Shown: positions 46,189-55,305 of the stretch, piece after piece
Layout of the letters: every line of letters begins with the position of its first letter
Numbering within the stretch: the first letter of the stretch is position 1
NCBI RefSeq assembly: GCF_016026235.1
Contig: NZ_CP065613.1
DNA from: Escherichia coli
Lineage (GTDB): Bacteria > Pseudomonadota > Gammaproteobacteria > Enterobacterales > Enterobacteriaceae
Length of the DNA: 64,000 bases
Reading direction: 5' to 3' (one strand)
Made by a program: the position numbers and the translations under genes
Notes under the pieces: model-generated
The model's input: only the letters and a program-made list of their open reading frames with translations
What the model was told of the DNA's origin: nothing
The model's database searches: none

Positions 46189-46886
46189 AAAACATCGCCG
46201 CACAGATGGTTAACTTTGACCGTGAGCAGATGCGTCGGATCGCCAACAACTTGCCGGAACAGTACGACGAAAAGCCGCAGGTACAGCAGGTAGCGCAGAT
46301 CATCAACGGTGTGTTCAGCCAGTTACTGGCAACTTTCCCGGCGAGCCTGGCTAACCGTGACCAGAACGAACTGAACGAAATCCGCCGCCAGTGGGTTCTG
46401 GCTTTCCGGGAAAACGGGATCACCACAATGGAACAGGTTAACGCAGGAATGCGCGTAGCCCGTCGGCAGAATCGACCATTCCTGCCATCACCCGGGCAGT
46501 TTGTCGCCTGGTGCCGGGAAGAAGCATCCGTTACCGCCGGGCTGCCAAACGCCAGCGAGCTGGTTGATATGGTTTACGAGTATTGCCGGAAGCGAGGCCT
46601 GTATCCGGATGCGGAGTCTTATCCGTGGAAATCAAACGCGCACTACTGGCTGGTTACCAACCTGTATCAGAACATGCGGGCCAATGCGCTGACTGACGCG
46701 GAATTACGACGCAAGGCTGCCGATGAACTGACCTGTATGACAGTGCGAATTAACCGTGGTGAGGCGATACCTGAACCAGTAAAACAACTTCCTGTCATGG
46801 GCGGTAGACCTCTAAATCGTGCACAGGCTCTGGCGAAGATCGTAGAAATTAAAGCTAAGTTCGGACTGAAAGGAGCCAGTGTATGA
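46185..46886 (+). CDS. P: Replication protein P (DnaB helicase loader)
   Basis: 233 aa matching lambda P (MKNIAAQMVNFDREQMRRIANN...). Confidence 0.9.
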   Translation: MKNIAAQMVNFDREQMRRIANNLPEQYDEKPQVQQVAQIINGVFSQLLATFPASLANRDQNELNEIRRQWVLAFRENGITTMEQVNAGMRVARRQNRPFLPSPGQFVAWCREEASVTAGLPNASELVDMVYEYCRKRGLYPDAESYPWKSNAHYWLVTNLYQNMRANALTDAELRRKAADELTCMTVRINRGEAIPEPVKQLPVMGGRPLNRAQALAKIVEIKAKFGLKGASV

Positions 46887-47173
46887 CGGGCAAAGAGGCA
46901 ATTATTCATTATCTGGAGACGCACAAGAGCTTCTGTGCGCCGGACGTTGCCGCGCTAACAGGTGCAACAGTAACCAGCATAAATCAGGCCGCGGCTAAAA
47001 TGGCACGGGCAGGTCTTCTGGTTATCGAAAGTAAGGTCTGGCGAACGGTGTATTACCGGTTCGCTACCAGAGAAGAACGGGAAGGAAAGGTGAGCACGAA
47101 CCTGATTTTTAAGGAGTGTCGCCAGAGTGCCGCGATGAAACGGGTATTGGCGGTATATGGAGTTAAAAGATGA
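46883..47173 (+). CDS. ren: Ren (Rex exclusion escape protein)
   Basis: 96 aa matching lambda Ren (MTGKEAIIHYLETHKSFCAPDVAALTG...). Confidence 0.85.
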   Translation: MTGKEAIIHYLETHKSFCAPDVAALTGATVTSINQAAAKMARAGLLVIESKVWRTVYYRFATREEREGKVSTNLIFKECRQSAAMKRVLAVYGVKR

Positions 47174-47243
47174 CCATCTACATCACTGAGCTTGTAACAG
47201 GCCTGCTGGTAATCGCAGGCCTTTTTATTTGGGGGAGAGGGAA

Positions 47244-47522
47244 GTGAACGATAGCTACCGACAGTTTGAAAACTGGTGGTCAAAAGACAAAAGCCAGTTC
47301 ACAGGAGACGATGAATTAAAAGAGTTTGCCTGGGTGATATGGCAGGCATCGCGCTCTGCTATTGAACTGGATATCGACTGGCCCGAATCGAATGACGACT
47401 TTTGGAAAGATGGTGAAGAAGGTGCTTATGCGATGGGTTATGAGGATGGGCGTGACAAAACGGTAATTGCAGTAATGAAAGCCATCAGGGCCGCAGGAAT
47501 CAAAGAAAAGAATTTCGATTAA
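47244..47522 (+). CDS. Hypothetical acidic prophage protein (GTG start assumed)
   Basis: ORF with upstream GGAGAGGG Shine-Dalgarno, inserted between ren and ninB. Confidence 0.4.
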   Translation: MNDSYRQFENWWSKDKSQFTGDDELKEFAWVIWQASRSAIELDIDWPESNDDFWKDGEEGAYAMGYEDGRDKTVIAVMKAIRAAGIKEKNFD

Positions 47523-47653
47523 GCAAATATCACTTCAATAAATCGCTTTTAAGGCATCACAATCGCTCTGTAGCGAGGTAAACGCGTGCAAGGTATTTAT
47601 ATAGCAGCGAGAATGAAAAATGCGTCAGAATGCGTTTGAGGAGGTTTTAAGAA

Positions 47654-47863
47654 ATGAGTTCGTTGACTGAGCTTGTCCGCGCCGACTTTCAGGAGAACAT
47701 TGGTCGTGCAAAGCGGTACTGGTCTGCTTCCAGACTTCCGACTGGCGAGAGACAGAAAACGCCCCTAAGCCACGGAGCTATCCGCGTGACCGCGTTCTTC
47801 GCCGGTTGGTTAAAATCGATAATGATTTTCAGTGTGACAGAATTATCCGGAGTCTGGATTTAA
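47654..47863 (+). CDS. Hypothetical small protein (moron candidate)
   Basis: 69 aa ORF with strong GAGGAGG Shine-Dalgarno 8 nt upstream. Confidence 0.45.
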   Translation: MSSLTELVRADFQENIGRAKRYWSASRLPTGERQKTPLSHGAIRVTAFFAGWLKSIMIFSVTELSGVWI

Positions 47864-47878
47864 AGTGAAGGAGTGAGC

Positions 47879-48175
47879 ATGAGCAAAGTATCACGAGGAA
47901 TGAAAATATCGCTTATTTTCATCCTTAATCCGCATCGTATCTTTTTGGCTTCAGCAGTATGGCTGTCATATTTTGTTTATTGGTTAGCAGATAAATTGGA
48001 TGATTTTGCGAAATGGCTTGAGAATTTTGCGAATGCGAGGTTTGAGTCATGGCCGCTTATCGGAGAGAGGATGTCTGACGAATTAAACCGGTATTACGCG
48101 GATAAGCGCAAGGAGAAGAGCAGGAGGGCAAGTGAAGCAATTATTCCTGCTTCGCAACGAAGCAATCAGAAATAA
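47879..48175 (+). CDS. Hypothetical small membrane protein (moron candidate)
   Basis: ~98 aa with one predicted TM helix (ISLIFILNPHRIFLASAVWLSYFVYWLA) and a basic C-terminus; AAGGAG Shine-Dalgarno. Confidence 0.45.
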   Translation: MSKVSRGMKISLIFILNPHRIFLASAVWLSYFVYWLADKLDDFAKWLENFANARFESWPLIGERMSDELNRYYADKRKEKSRRASEAIIPASQRSNQK

Positions 48176-48599
48176 CGCCATAGACGCCATTCTCTCACTA
48201 CCCATCGACGACAAGTCACCCCACGAAGTCCACGTTAGAGAACCAAAGCGGAGCAATCCTCAAAACCGCCTTATGTGGGCGTTATTGCAGGACGTATCGC
48301 GTCAAGTGCTATGGCATGGTCAACGGCTGGCGCCGGAAGACTGGAAAGACCTGTTCACTGCCCTGTGGCTTAAGACCAAAAAACTGGAGCAACGAAGTGC
48401 GCCTGGTATCGACGGTGGCGTTGTCATGCTTGGTGTGCGTACCAGCAAAATGCGAAAGGCCAGCATGACTGAGCTTATCGAAATCATGTTCTGGTTCGGC
48501 TCAGAGCGCAACGTGCGGTGGAGTGATGACTCCCGGCGAGAGTATGAATGGTCACAACGGAAAGGTAACACGGACAATATGCGAGGGTTGAATGATTAA
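48132..48599 (+). CDS. ninB: NinB-family recombination protein
   Basis: 155 aa; ...NPQNRLMWALLQDVSRQVLWHGQRLAPEDWKDLFTA... parallels lambda NinB (...DQNRKLWACLGDVSRQVEWHGRWLDAESWKCVFTA...). Confidence 0.75.
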   Translation: MKQLFLLRNEAIRNNAIDAILSLPIDDKSPHEVHVREPKRSNPQNRLMWALLQDVSRQVLWHGQRLAPEDWKDLFTALWLKTKKLEQRSAPGIDGGVVMLGVRTSKMRKASMTELIEIMFWFGSERNVRWSDDSRREYEWSQRKGNTDNMRGLND

Positions 48600-49122
48600 G
48601 CATAAATCAGAAACACCAAAAGAAGTTAGAGACTGCTGGCAAACGCCGCTTTGGCTTTTTGATGCACTGGATATTGAGTTTGGATTCTGGCTTGATTCGG
48701 CAGCGAGCGACAAAAACGCTCTGTGCGCTCACTGGCTAACTGAGGCCGACGACGCGCTAAATTCTGAGTGGATAAGCCACGGTGCAATCTGGAATAACCC
48801 ACCGTACAGCAATATCAGGCCGTGGGTGGAAAAAGCCGCTGAGCAGTGCATACAACAGCGACAGACGGTAGTGATGCTTGTGCCAGAGGATATGTCTGTC
48901 GGATGGTTCAGTAAGGCTCTGGAGAGTGTTGACGAAGTTCGCATTATCACTGATGGACGGATTAATTTTATCGAACCATCGACAGGGCTGGAGAAGAAGG
49001 GAAACAGCAAAGGCTCCATGCTGCTGATTTGGCGACCGTTCATCAGTCCTCGACGGATGTTTACTACCGTATCCAAAGCGGCATTGATGGCGATCGGGCA
49101 GGGCGTCAGGAGGGCGGCATGA
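48592..49122 (+). CDS. Phage DNA N6-adenine methyltransferase (Dam-like)
   Basis: 176 aa with NPPY motif (IWNNPPYS). Confidence 0.75.
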   Translation: MIKHKSETPKEVRDCWQTPLWLFDALDIEFGFWLDSAASDKNALCAHWLTEADDALNSEWISHGAIWNNPPYSNIRPWVEKAAEQCIQQRQTVVMLVPEDMSVGWFSKALESVDEVRIITDGRINFIEPSTGLEKKGNSKGSMLLIWRPFISPRRMFTTVSKAALMAIGQGVRRAA

Positions 49123-49295
49123 GACGACAGCGACGAAGTATCACCGACATCATCTGCGAAAACTGCAAATACCTTCCAACGAAACGCTCCAGAAATAAAC
49201 GCAAGCCAATCCCAAAAGAATCTGACGTAAAAACCTTCAACTACACGGCTCACCTGTGGGATATCCGGTGGCTAAGACATCGTGCGAGGAAATGA
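49119..49295 (+). CDS. ninE: NinE
   Basis: 58 aa [58 protein letters not shown], matches lambda NinE. Confidence 0.8.
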   Translation: MRRQRRSITDIICENCKYLPTKRSRNKRKPIPKESDVKTFNYTAHLWDIRWLRHRARK

Positions 49296-49338
49296 CAATG
49301 GTGCTCGACAAGCCCCGCCGTTCAGGGCGGGGAAATTG

Positions 49339-49644
49339 TTAAGGATGAGGCTGAATTTCTTCAGGTCGGTATTTTGTTGAGAGATGAGAGATGTCAACTT
49401 CTCTCTCTGCTTTTTCAAGACTCCATGCCATCTGAAGACGAATCCATGAGGCCGGAGTTCCTCCAAGAACGGCGGCGAGACGAACAGCCATTTCAGGAGA
49501 GATTGCCGCATTTCCTGAAACCAGTCGCTGAACAGTGGAAGGCGCAACATCAAGCGCTCTTGCCAGCTCTCTGATCCCAATATTCTGATCTTCCAGAATA
49601 TCCGCAATAATTTCTCCTGGATGAGGGGGGTTAAACATCGTCAT
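49339..49644 (-). CDS. higA: HigA-type antitoxin (HTH_XRE)
   Basis: 101 aa; HTH region IGIRELARALDVAPSTVQRLVSG; immediately downstream of and overlapping the toxin gene. Confidence 0.8.
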   Translation of the reverse strand: MTMFNPPHPGEIIADILEDQNIGIRELARALDVAPSTVQRLVSGNAAISPEMAVRLAAVLGGTPASWIRLQMAWSLEKAEREVDISHLSTKYRPEEIQPHP

Positions 49645-49922
49645 TAATGGTAATCCTCGTAGTTAAGAATATAAGCGTCACCGTCACGAAACTCGAAGGT
49701 GATCCTCCAGTTACCGGAGACGGAGACAGACCACGTATCGGCCCTGTCTCCTTGCAACTGGTGCAGCCTGTAACCGGCAAGGTTAATATCATCAATGATT
49801 TCGGCTTGATCTATCACCTGAAGGCGCATTCTAAGGCGTTTAACATGATTGGGATTTACGCCTGATGCACTTCCAGTTTCAAAGAAACGTTGAAGTCCTT
49901 TGTGTTTCCAGCTTTTTATCAT
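49644..49922 (-). CDS. higB: HigB-type toxin (RelE/ParE superfamily mRNA interferase)
   Basis: 92 aa MIKSWKHKGLQRFFETGSASGVNPNHVKRL...NWRITFEFRDGDAYILNYEDYH, typical HigB. Confidence 0.8.
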   Translation of the reverse strand: MIKSWKHKGLQRFFETGSASGVNPNHVKRLRMRLQVIDQAEIIDDINLAGYRLHQLQGDRADTWSVSVSGNWRITFEFRDGDAYILNYEDYH

Positions 49923-50258
49923 GTTTGTTTCCTGTTGCGTTACGCGAATCATTATAGAGTGTGTTGTGTCATTCGCAACCGTTGGTTTGACAAAAACACA
50001 TATCCGGGGCTATATTCCCTGAACGCCAGCAAATCTGGCGTCGGGATTGGCGTCCCGGATATCGAAACGGTGCATAACCGCGCTGGCGGTTTTTTTATGC
50101 GCTAAGCACAGTCACATTCGCGATTTATGGTGGGCTGTGTGGGGGAGTTGAGAGACTCGCCGGATGTTTCGACCGGTTACGCCAACCCTGCACAGTTCAC
50201 CACCCAGCGATTGGCGTCGCAGGTGGTGAGTTAAAAACCATCGAAACGCGAGGTCGTT

Positions 50259-50945
50259 ATGACTGTTCAGATTTCTGTCAAAAACCTTTCCCCTGTTACC
50301 TATAACCAGATTCCGGTAATCACAACTGAGTTGCTTGCCCGCCTTTATGGAACAGAAACAATCCGTATACAGCAGAATCACCATGAAAATAAATCTCGGT
50401 TTATTGAGGGAAAGCACTTCTTTAAAGCTGTTGGTGATGAACTCAGAAATTTGCGACTAGTTTTAAACGAGTCGCAAAATGAGGTGAAAATCTCTCCCAA
50501 AACCCGCTCGCTCATCCTCTGGACAGAACGAGGCGCAGCCCGCCACGCAAAAATGCTCGAAACCGATCAGGCGTGGGAAGTGTTCGAAAAACTGGAAGAC
50601 TGCTATTTCAGCCAGACTTCGAAAAGCGCAGGTCATCACGAGAAGAAAACCAGCGAGCTTTCTGCAAAAGATGCAAACAGTCTGGTATGGTTGTGGGATT
50701 ATGCCAACCGCTCACAGGCATTATTCCGCGAACTGTATCCGGCGCTAAGACAAATTCAGTCTAACTATTCCGGCAGATGCCACGACTACGGTCATGAGTT
50801 CTCGTATGTTATCGGAATGGCGAGAGACGTTTTAATCAATCACACACGAGATGTTGATATTAATGAGCCAGACGGACCAACGAATCTTTCTGCATGGGTA
50901 AGACTTAAGAACAAAGAATTACCTCCTTCACTACATCACTACTGA
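50259..50945 (+). CDS. ORF6N-domain antirepressor-like protein
   Basis: 228 aa; N-terminal ORF6N-like segment ([36 protein letters not shown]). Confidence 0.55.
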   Translation: MTVQISVKNLSPVTYNQIPVITTELLARLYGTETIRIQQNHHENKSRFIEGKHFFKAVGDELRNLRLVLNESQNEVKISPKTRSLILWTERGAARHAKMLETDQAWEVFEKLEDCYFSQTSKSAGHHEKKTSELSAKDANSLVWLWDYANRSQALFRELYPALRQIQSNYSGRCHDYGHEFSYVIGMARDVLINHTRDVDINEPDGPTNLSAWVRLKNKELPPSLHHY

Positions 50946-51013
50946 CAGATTGCCAACGCAACGACCCAGCTTCGGCTGGGTTTTTTATTGCTGAATTTTC
51001 AATATGAGAGGAC

Positions 51014-51274
51014 ATGACAATGAACGAGCTGATAAATAGCAACGCCATTAAAATGACCAGCATTGAAATCGCTGAGTTGGTGGGTAAGCGTCATGACAAT
51101 GTGAAACGTACCATCGAAACGCTGGTTAAAAGTGGAGTTATCCGGCTTCCTCAAATTGAGGTTTCCGAAAGAATCAATAACTTAGGGTTCAATGTTCAGT
51201 ACGAGCATTACGTCTTCGAAGGCGAACAAGGTAAGCGCGACAGCATTATTGTCGTTGAAGGAGGTGTTGCATGA
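51014..51274 (+). CDS. Rha-family phage regulatory protein (short)
   Basis: 86 aa with Rha-like motif TSIEIAELVGKRHDNVKRTIETL. Confidence 0.55.
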   Translation: MTMNELINSNAIKMTSIEIAELVGKRHDNVKRTIETLVKSGVIRLPQIEVSERINNLGFNVQYEHYVFEGEQGKRDSIIVVEGGVA

Positions 51275-52040
51275 ATGCCGTAATTATTGCCAACGCAGAA
51301 ATCGTGCCGATTGAGTTTAATGGCGAGCGTGTTGTTACGTATCAAATGATTGCTGATATTCACGGGGTTCCAGTAGCCACTATTCAAAATGGCTATGCGC
51401 GAAACTCTGAGTATTTCATAGACAGGGAAGATACATATTTTATTGATTTTCATGAAAATACCTTTAGAAGGGGTTTTGAAATTCCTCCTCGTGGCATGCG
51501 AGTTTTCACTGAATCAGGCTATTTGATGCTGGTTAAAACCCTGCGCGACGAGACGGCGTGGAGAGTGCAACGTGAGCTTGTTCGCAATTATTTTCGTGGC
51601 CAAAAGAAGATAAGTCAGCCTTGCCCGACTTCACAAACCCTGCTGAAGCCGCCAGAGCGTGGGCAAACGAATATGAGCAGAAAGTGAAGCTGGAGCAACA
51701 ACTCGCGATTGCCGCACCTAAAGTTGAGTTTGCCGATCGCGTTGGCGAGGCCAGCGGAATTTTGATTGGAAACTTTGCAAAGGTTGTTGGTATTGGCCCA
51801 AACAAACTGTTTGCGTGGATGCGTGATCACAAAATCCTTATTGCTTCAGGTTCCCGGCGCAATGTGCCAATGCAGGAATATATGGATCGCGGCTATTTCA
51901 CAGTGAAAGAAACAGCGGTCAACACAAATCACGGAATACAGATATCGTTCACCACAAAAATCACCGGGCGTGGTCAACAGTGGCTGACCAGAAAGCTGCT
52001 CGATAACGGAATGCTGAAAGTAACAGGGGAGGCTGCATGA
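51271..52040 (+). pseudogene. Antirepressor (N-terminal DNA-binding plus KilA-C domain) split by a frameshift near 51600
   Basis: Overlapping ORFs 51271-51687 and 51621-52040 in different frames; second part ...DFTNPAEAARAWANEYEQKVKLEQQL... is KilA-C-like. Confidence 0.6.
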
Positions 52041-52399
52041 ATGAGTACAGATTCACGCTTCCATACCCGCCGTCGCTGAACACCTACTGGCGAAGACGGG
52101 GAAGCCGATACTACATCAGCGATAAAGGCCAGAAATACCGAAAAGACGTTCAGCAAATCATCCGCCAACTCAAGTTAGATATTTTCACCAAAGCACGACT
52201 CCGCATCAAAGTCATCGCAGACGTTCCAGACTCCCGCCGCCGCGACCTCGACAACATCCTGAAAGGTTTACTCGACTCCCTTATCCACGCCGGATTTGCG
52301 GAAGACGACGAGCAATTCGATGACATTCGCGTAATTCGTGGCGTGAAAGTACCAGGCGGACGGCTTGGAATAAAAATCACCGAACTGGAGAACGCATGA
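52037..52399 (+). CDS. rusA: RusA-family Holliday junction resolvase
   Basis: 120 aa; LPYPPSLNTYWRRRG ... RRRDLDNILKGLLDSL ... GGRLGIKITELE. Confidence 0.85.
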   Translation: MNEYRFTLPYPPSLNTYWRRRGSRYYISDKGQKYRKDVQQIIRQLKLDIFTKARLRIKVIADVPDSRRRDLDNILKGLLDSLIHAGFAEDDEQFDDIRVIRGVKVPGGRLGIKITELENA

Positions 52400-52584
52400 A
52401 CGCCACAATTCAAACGATACCAGAGCTTCTTATCCAGACACGAGGCAATCAGACCGAAGTGGCGAGGATGCTTTCCTGCGCAAGAGGAACAGTGCTCAAG
52501 TACAACCGAGACAGCAAAGGCGAGCGTCACGTAATAGTTAACGGCGTCCTGATGGTCAAACAGGGCAAAAGGGGAAGACGATGA
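52396..52584 (+). CDS. ninH: NinH-like protein
   Basis: 62 aa ...RGNQTEVARMLSCARGTVLKY..., located just upstream of Q. Confidence 0.65.
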   Translation: MNATIQTIPELLIQTRGNQTEVARMLSCARGTVLKYNRDSKGERHVIVNGVLMVKQGKRGRR

Positions 52585-53099
52585 GCATAAGAGAACTAAA
52601 CCTCACCAAAGAACAGCACGAGTGGCTGAATGGCTGGCTTGAACTGTGGGGCGCATGGGTTTATTCAGGTCGTCTGGAAAAGCGTATGAGCAGCGTAATA
52701 GCGAAGTTCATGGAGAGCGTAGAGCCGGGAAGAGTTATGACAAGGCCAATGTGCAATGATGATGATGGAATGTTGATTTCTCAGGTCGTCGATTCCGTCA
52801 TGTGCATTGACAAGAAAGCCTTTGGCATCCTCCTCAGCTACTACGCTCATGGTTCATCTAAGCGAGCAATTGCATCCTACTATCACGCGACTGCAAAGCC
52901 ACGCAAGATGTGTGGACGTGGTGGCGAGGGATGGAGAAAACCTTCACTGGCAACCTGTAGAAACGAAATTGACGACATCCTGAAAGCGTCGTTATTTGTT
53001 TTGTACCAGCCAATGCAAAATGCTTTCAAAATGCGTAAACGTGTTGAGAAAGTTAAGCATTTTGCTGTTAAAGACCTTGACATGCAATTATCCATTTAG
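52581..53099 (+). CDS. Q: Late-gene antiterminator Q (non-lambda type)
   Basis: 172 aa ORF in the Q position, directly followed by a pR'-like promoter and terminator. Confidence 0.65.
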   Translation: MSIRELNLTKEQHEWLNGWLELWGAWVYSGRLEKRMSSVIAKFMESVEPGRVMTRPMCNDDDGMLISQVVDSVMCIDKKAFGILLSYYAHGSSKRAIASYYHATAKPRKMCGRGGEGWRKPSLATCRNEIDDILKASLFVLYQPMQNAFKMRKRVEKVKHFAVKDLDMQLSI

Positions 53100-53106
53100 C
53101 CATAAT
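53077..53106 (+). promoter_or_regulatory. Putative late promoter pR' (TTGACA-18 bp-CATAAT)
   Basis: Consensus -35 and near-consensus -10 overlapping the Q stop codon. Confidence 0.55.
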
Positions 53107-53120
53107 TAGAAGGTAAGCTG

Positions 53121-53158
53121 CCGTTAGTGACTCTTAAGTTGCAACGGTGGCTTTTTTT
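53121..53158 (+). terminator. Putative tR' (stem-loop plus T7 run), Q-antiterminated
   Basis: ccgttag...caacggtggc followed by ttttttt. Confidence 0.5.
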
Positions 53159-53162
53159 ATTT

Positions 53163-53237
53163 GGGTCAGTCGTATAAAGGTCATTACGGAAGGCTGTTAA
53201 CCTTCTTATCGTGGTTCGAGTCCACGCTGTCCCGCCA
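53163..53237 (+). tRNA. tRNA-like sequence, anticodon GUU (Asn), imperfect acceptor and D stems; possibly degenerate
   Basis: Anticodon arm gaagg-CTGTTAA-ccttc, T arm cgtgg-TTCGAGT-ccacg, 3' CCA; one mismatch in the acceptor stem, weak D stem. Confidence 0.35.
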
Positions 53238-53242
53238 AATAT

Positions 53243-53318
53243 GCTGGTTTAGCTCCAATGGTAGAGCAGTCGCCTTGTAAGCGAATGGGTAGCGGTTCAA
53301 GTCCGTTAACCAGCACCA
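53243..53318 (+). tRNA. tRNA, anticodon UGU (Thr), 76 nt with encoded CCA
   Basis: 7-bp acceptor stem GCTGGTT/AACCAGC, D arm GCTC-CAATGGTA-GAGC, anticodon loop CTTGTAA, T arm AGCGG-TTCAAGT-CCGTT, discriminator A, CCA. Confidence 0.6.
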
Positions 53319-53434
53319 TAACTGAGCCGTAGCCACTGGCTATCCTGAATTCATCAGTGACAGTTACGCTGCGGCCTTCTTTTTCCCTTCCCAATATAAG
53401 AACTACGCCATCCGTTATTTGCGGAGGTGAGGCT

Positions 53435-53650
53435 ATGAAATCCATGGACAAAATATCAACGGGCATTGCCTACGGCACCTCCGCAGGCAGTGCCGGCTAC
53501 TGGTTTTTACAGTGGCTTGATCAGGTCAGTCCATCACAGTGGGCTGCGATTGGTGTGCTGGGAAGTCTGCTTCTGGGGCTTCTGACTTATCTGACGAATC
53601 TGTATTTCAAAATAAGAGAAGATAAGCGTAAGGCTGCGAGAGGTGAATAA
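53435..53650 (+). CDS. S: Phage 21-type pinholin S (dual-start; antiholin from Met1, holin from Met4)
   Basis: [45 protein letters not shown]... matches S21. Confidence 0.9.
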   Translation: MKSMDKISTGIAYGTSAGSAGYWFLQWLDQVSPSQWAAIGVLGSLLLGLLTYLTNLYFKIREDKRKAARGE

Positions 53651-54147
53651 TGTCGCCATCATTACGCAAGGCTGTTGCAGTTGCTATTGGTGGCGGGGCT
53701 GTTGCTATAGCATCTGTGTTAATCACTGGCCCAGGTGGTAACGATGGTCTGGAAGGTGTCAGCTACATACCATACAAAGATATCATTGGTGTATGGACTG
53801 TATGTCACGGACACACCGGAAAAGACATCATGCCTGGTAAAACGTATACCGAAGCAGAATGCAAAGCTCTCCTGAATAAAGACCTTGCCACTGTCGCCAG
53901 ACAAATTAACCCGTACATCAAAGTCGATATACCGGAAACAACGCGCGGCGCTCTTTACTCGTTCGTTTACAACGTGGGCGCTGGCAATTTCAGAACATCG
54001 ACGCTTCTTCGCAAAATAAACCAGGGCGATATCAAAGGCGCATGTGACCAGCTACGTCGCTGGACATATGCTGGCGGTAAGCAATGGAAAGGGCTGATGA
54101 CCCGTCGTGAGATTGAGCGTGAAGTCTGTTTGTGGGGGCAGCAATGA
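53650..54147 (+). CDS. R: SAR endolysin R (phage 21-type lysozyme)
   Basis: 165 aa with N-terminal signal-arrest-release segment ([18 protein letters not shown]) and lysozyme domain. Confidence 0.9.
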   Translation: MSPSLRKAVAVAIGGGAVAIASVLITGPGGNDGLEGVSYIPYKDIIGVWTVCHGHTGKDIMPGKTYTEAECKALLNKDLATVARQINPYIKVDIPETTRGALYSFVYNVGAGNFRTSTLLRKINQGDIKGACDQLRRWTYAGGKQWKGLMTRREIEREVCLWGQQ

Positions 54148-54581
54148 GCAGAGTCACCGCGATTATCTCCGCTCTGGTTATCTGCATCATCGTCCGCCTG
54201 TCATGGGCTGTTAATCATTACCGTGATAACGCCATTACCTACAAAGAGCAGCGCGATAAGGCCACATCCATCATCTCTGATATGCAGAAGCGTCAACGTG
54301 ATGTAGCAGAACTCGACGCCAGATACACAAAGGAGCTTGCTGATGCTAACGCGACTATCGAAAGTCTCCGTGCTGATGTTTCTGCTGGTCGTAAGCGCCT
54401 GCAAGTCGCCGCCACCTGTGCAAAGTCAACGACCGGAGCCAGCAGCATGGGCTATGGAGAAAGCCCAGGACTTACAGCAGATGCTGAACTCAATTATTAC
54501 CGTCTCCGAAGTGGAATCGACAGGATAACCGCGCAGGTTAACTACCTGCAGGAATACATCAGGACGCAATGCCTGAAATAA
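54144..54581 (+). CDS. Rz: Spanin inner-membrane subunit Rz
   Basis: 145 aa [17 protein letters not shown]..., coiled coil. Confidence 0.85.
   Translation: MSRVTAIISALVICIIVRLSWAVNHYRDNAITYKEQRDKATSIISDMQKRQRDVAELDARYTKELADANATIESLRADVSAGRKRLQVAATCAKSTTGASSMGYGESPGLTADAELNYYRLRSGIDRITAQVNYLQEYIRTQCLK
54337..54528 (+). CDS. Rz1: Spanin outer-membrane lipoprotein Rz1, nested in the +1 frame of Rz
   Basis: Lipobox LVVSAC followed by a Pro-rich segment; exact start uncertain. Confidence 0.65.
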   Translation: MLMLTRLSKVSVLMFLLVVSACKSPPPVQSQRPEPAAWAMEKAQDLQQMLNSIITVSEVESTG

Positions 54582-54613
54582 TTTTTTTGCAAATCACAAA
54601 GTCAATTTAATGA

Positions 54614-54636
54614 GCCTCGCACTTGCGGGGCTTTTA
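54614..54636 (+). terminator. Stem-loop plus T-run downstream of Rz
   Basis: gcctcgc-actt-gcggggc followed by tttt. Confidence 0.5.
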
Positions 54637-54783
54637 TATGTCCGCAGTAAACCGCGCATCGCAGCGCGTAACAATCCCGAGTCTTTCAGAAAGCTGAGCC
54701 TGAGAACTGCCGTATATGGTGGCGACCATCTCGGGGCGGCTTTTCTGTGCGAACAGGCTCATCTTTCTAAAAGGTAAGACGCT

Positions 54784-55305
54784 ATGAATATCGTTCCACT
54801 GAATTACAAAGGCGAACCTATCCGCTTCAATACTGATGGCTGGATTAATGCCACTGATATTGCAAAACGTTTCGGGAAGCGTCTGGATCACTGGTTGTCC
54901 AACGCTGAAACTCTCGAATACGTTAGAGCTCTGGATGAGGTTTATTCAGGTGAACCATCGAAAATTCTACATACCCGTGATTCCGGGTATGTAAAAACAA
55001 GCAAGGCACGAAAGGACAGGGGCGGCGGAACATGGCAGCATCCAAAGTTATCAGTTGCCTTTGCAAGATGGTGCGATCCGAAATTCTCCGTATGGTGCGA
55101 CCTGCACATTGATAGTCTGCTTCGCGGTGAACTGACTGAGCAGCAGAAATATGAGCAAGCATGTCGCATTCGCGATGACCGGAAATCAAAAGCCAGCAAT
55201 GGGGCAAGAGAGATGGCTCGCTGGCGATGGGATAAGCCGGTTATTGAAGCAAATGTCGAGTACTGGCGCGAGCAACTGCAGTTGACTCTCGATATCGCGT
55301 GCTGA
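54784..55305 (+). CDS. KilA-N domain protein
   Basis: 173 aa; N-terminal segment with KilA-N-like features. Confidence 0.55.
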   Translation: MNIVPLNYKGEPIRFNTDGWINATDIAKRFGKRLDHWLSNAETLEYVRALDEVYSGEPSKILHTRDSGYVKTSKARKDRGGGTWQHPKLSVAFARWCDPKFSVWCDLHIDSLLRGELTEQQKYEQACRIRDDRKSKASNGAREMARWRWDKPVIEANVEYWREQLQLTLDIAC

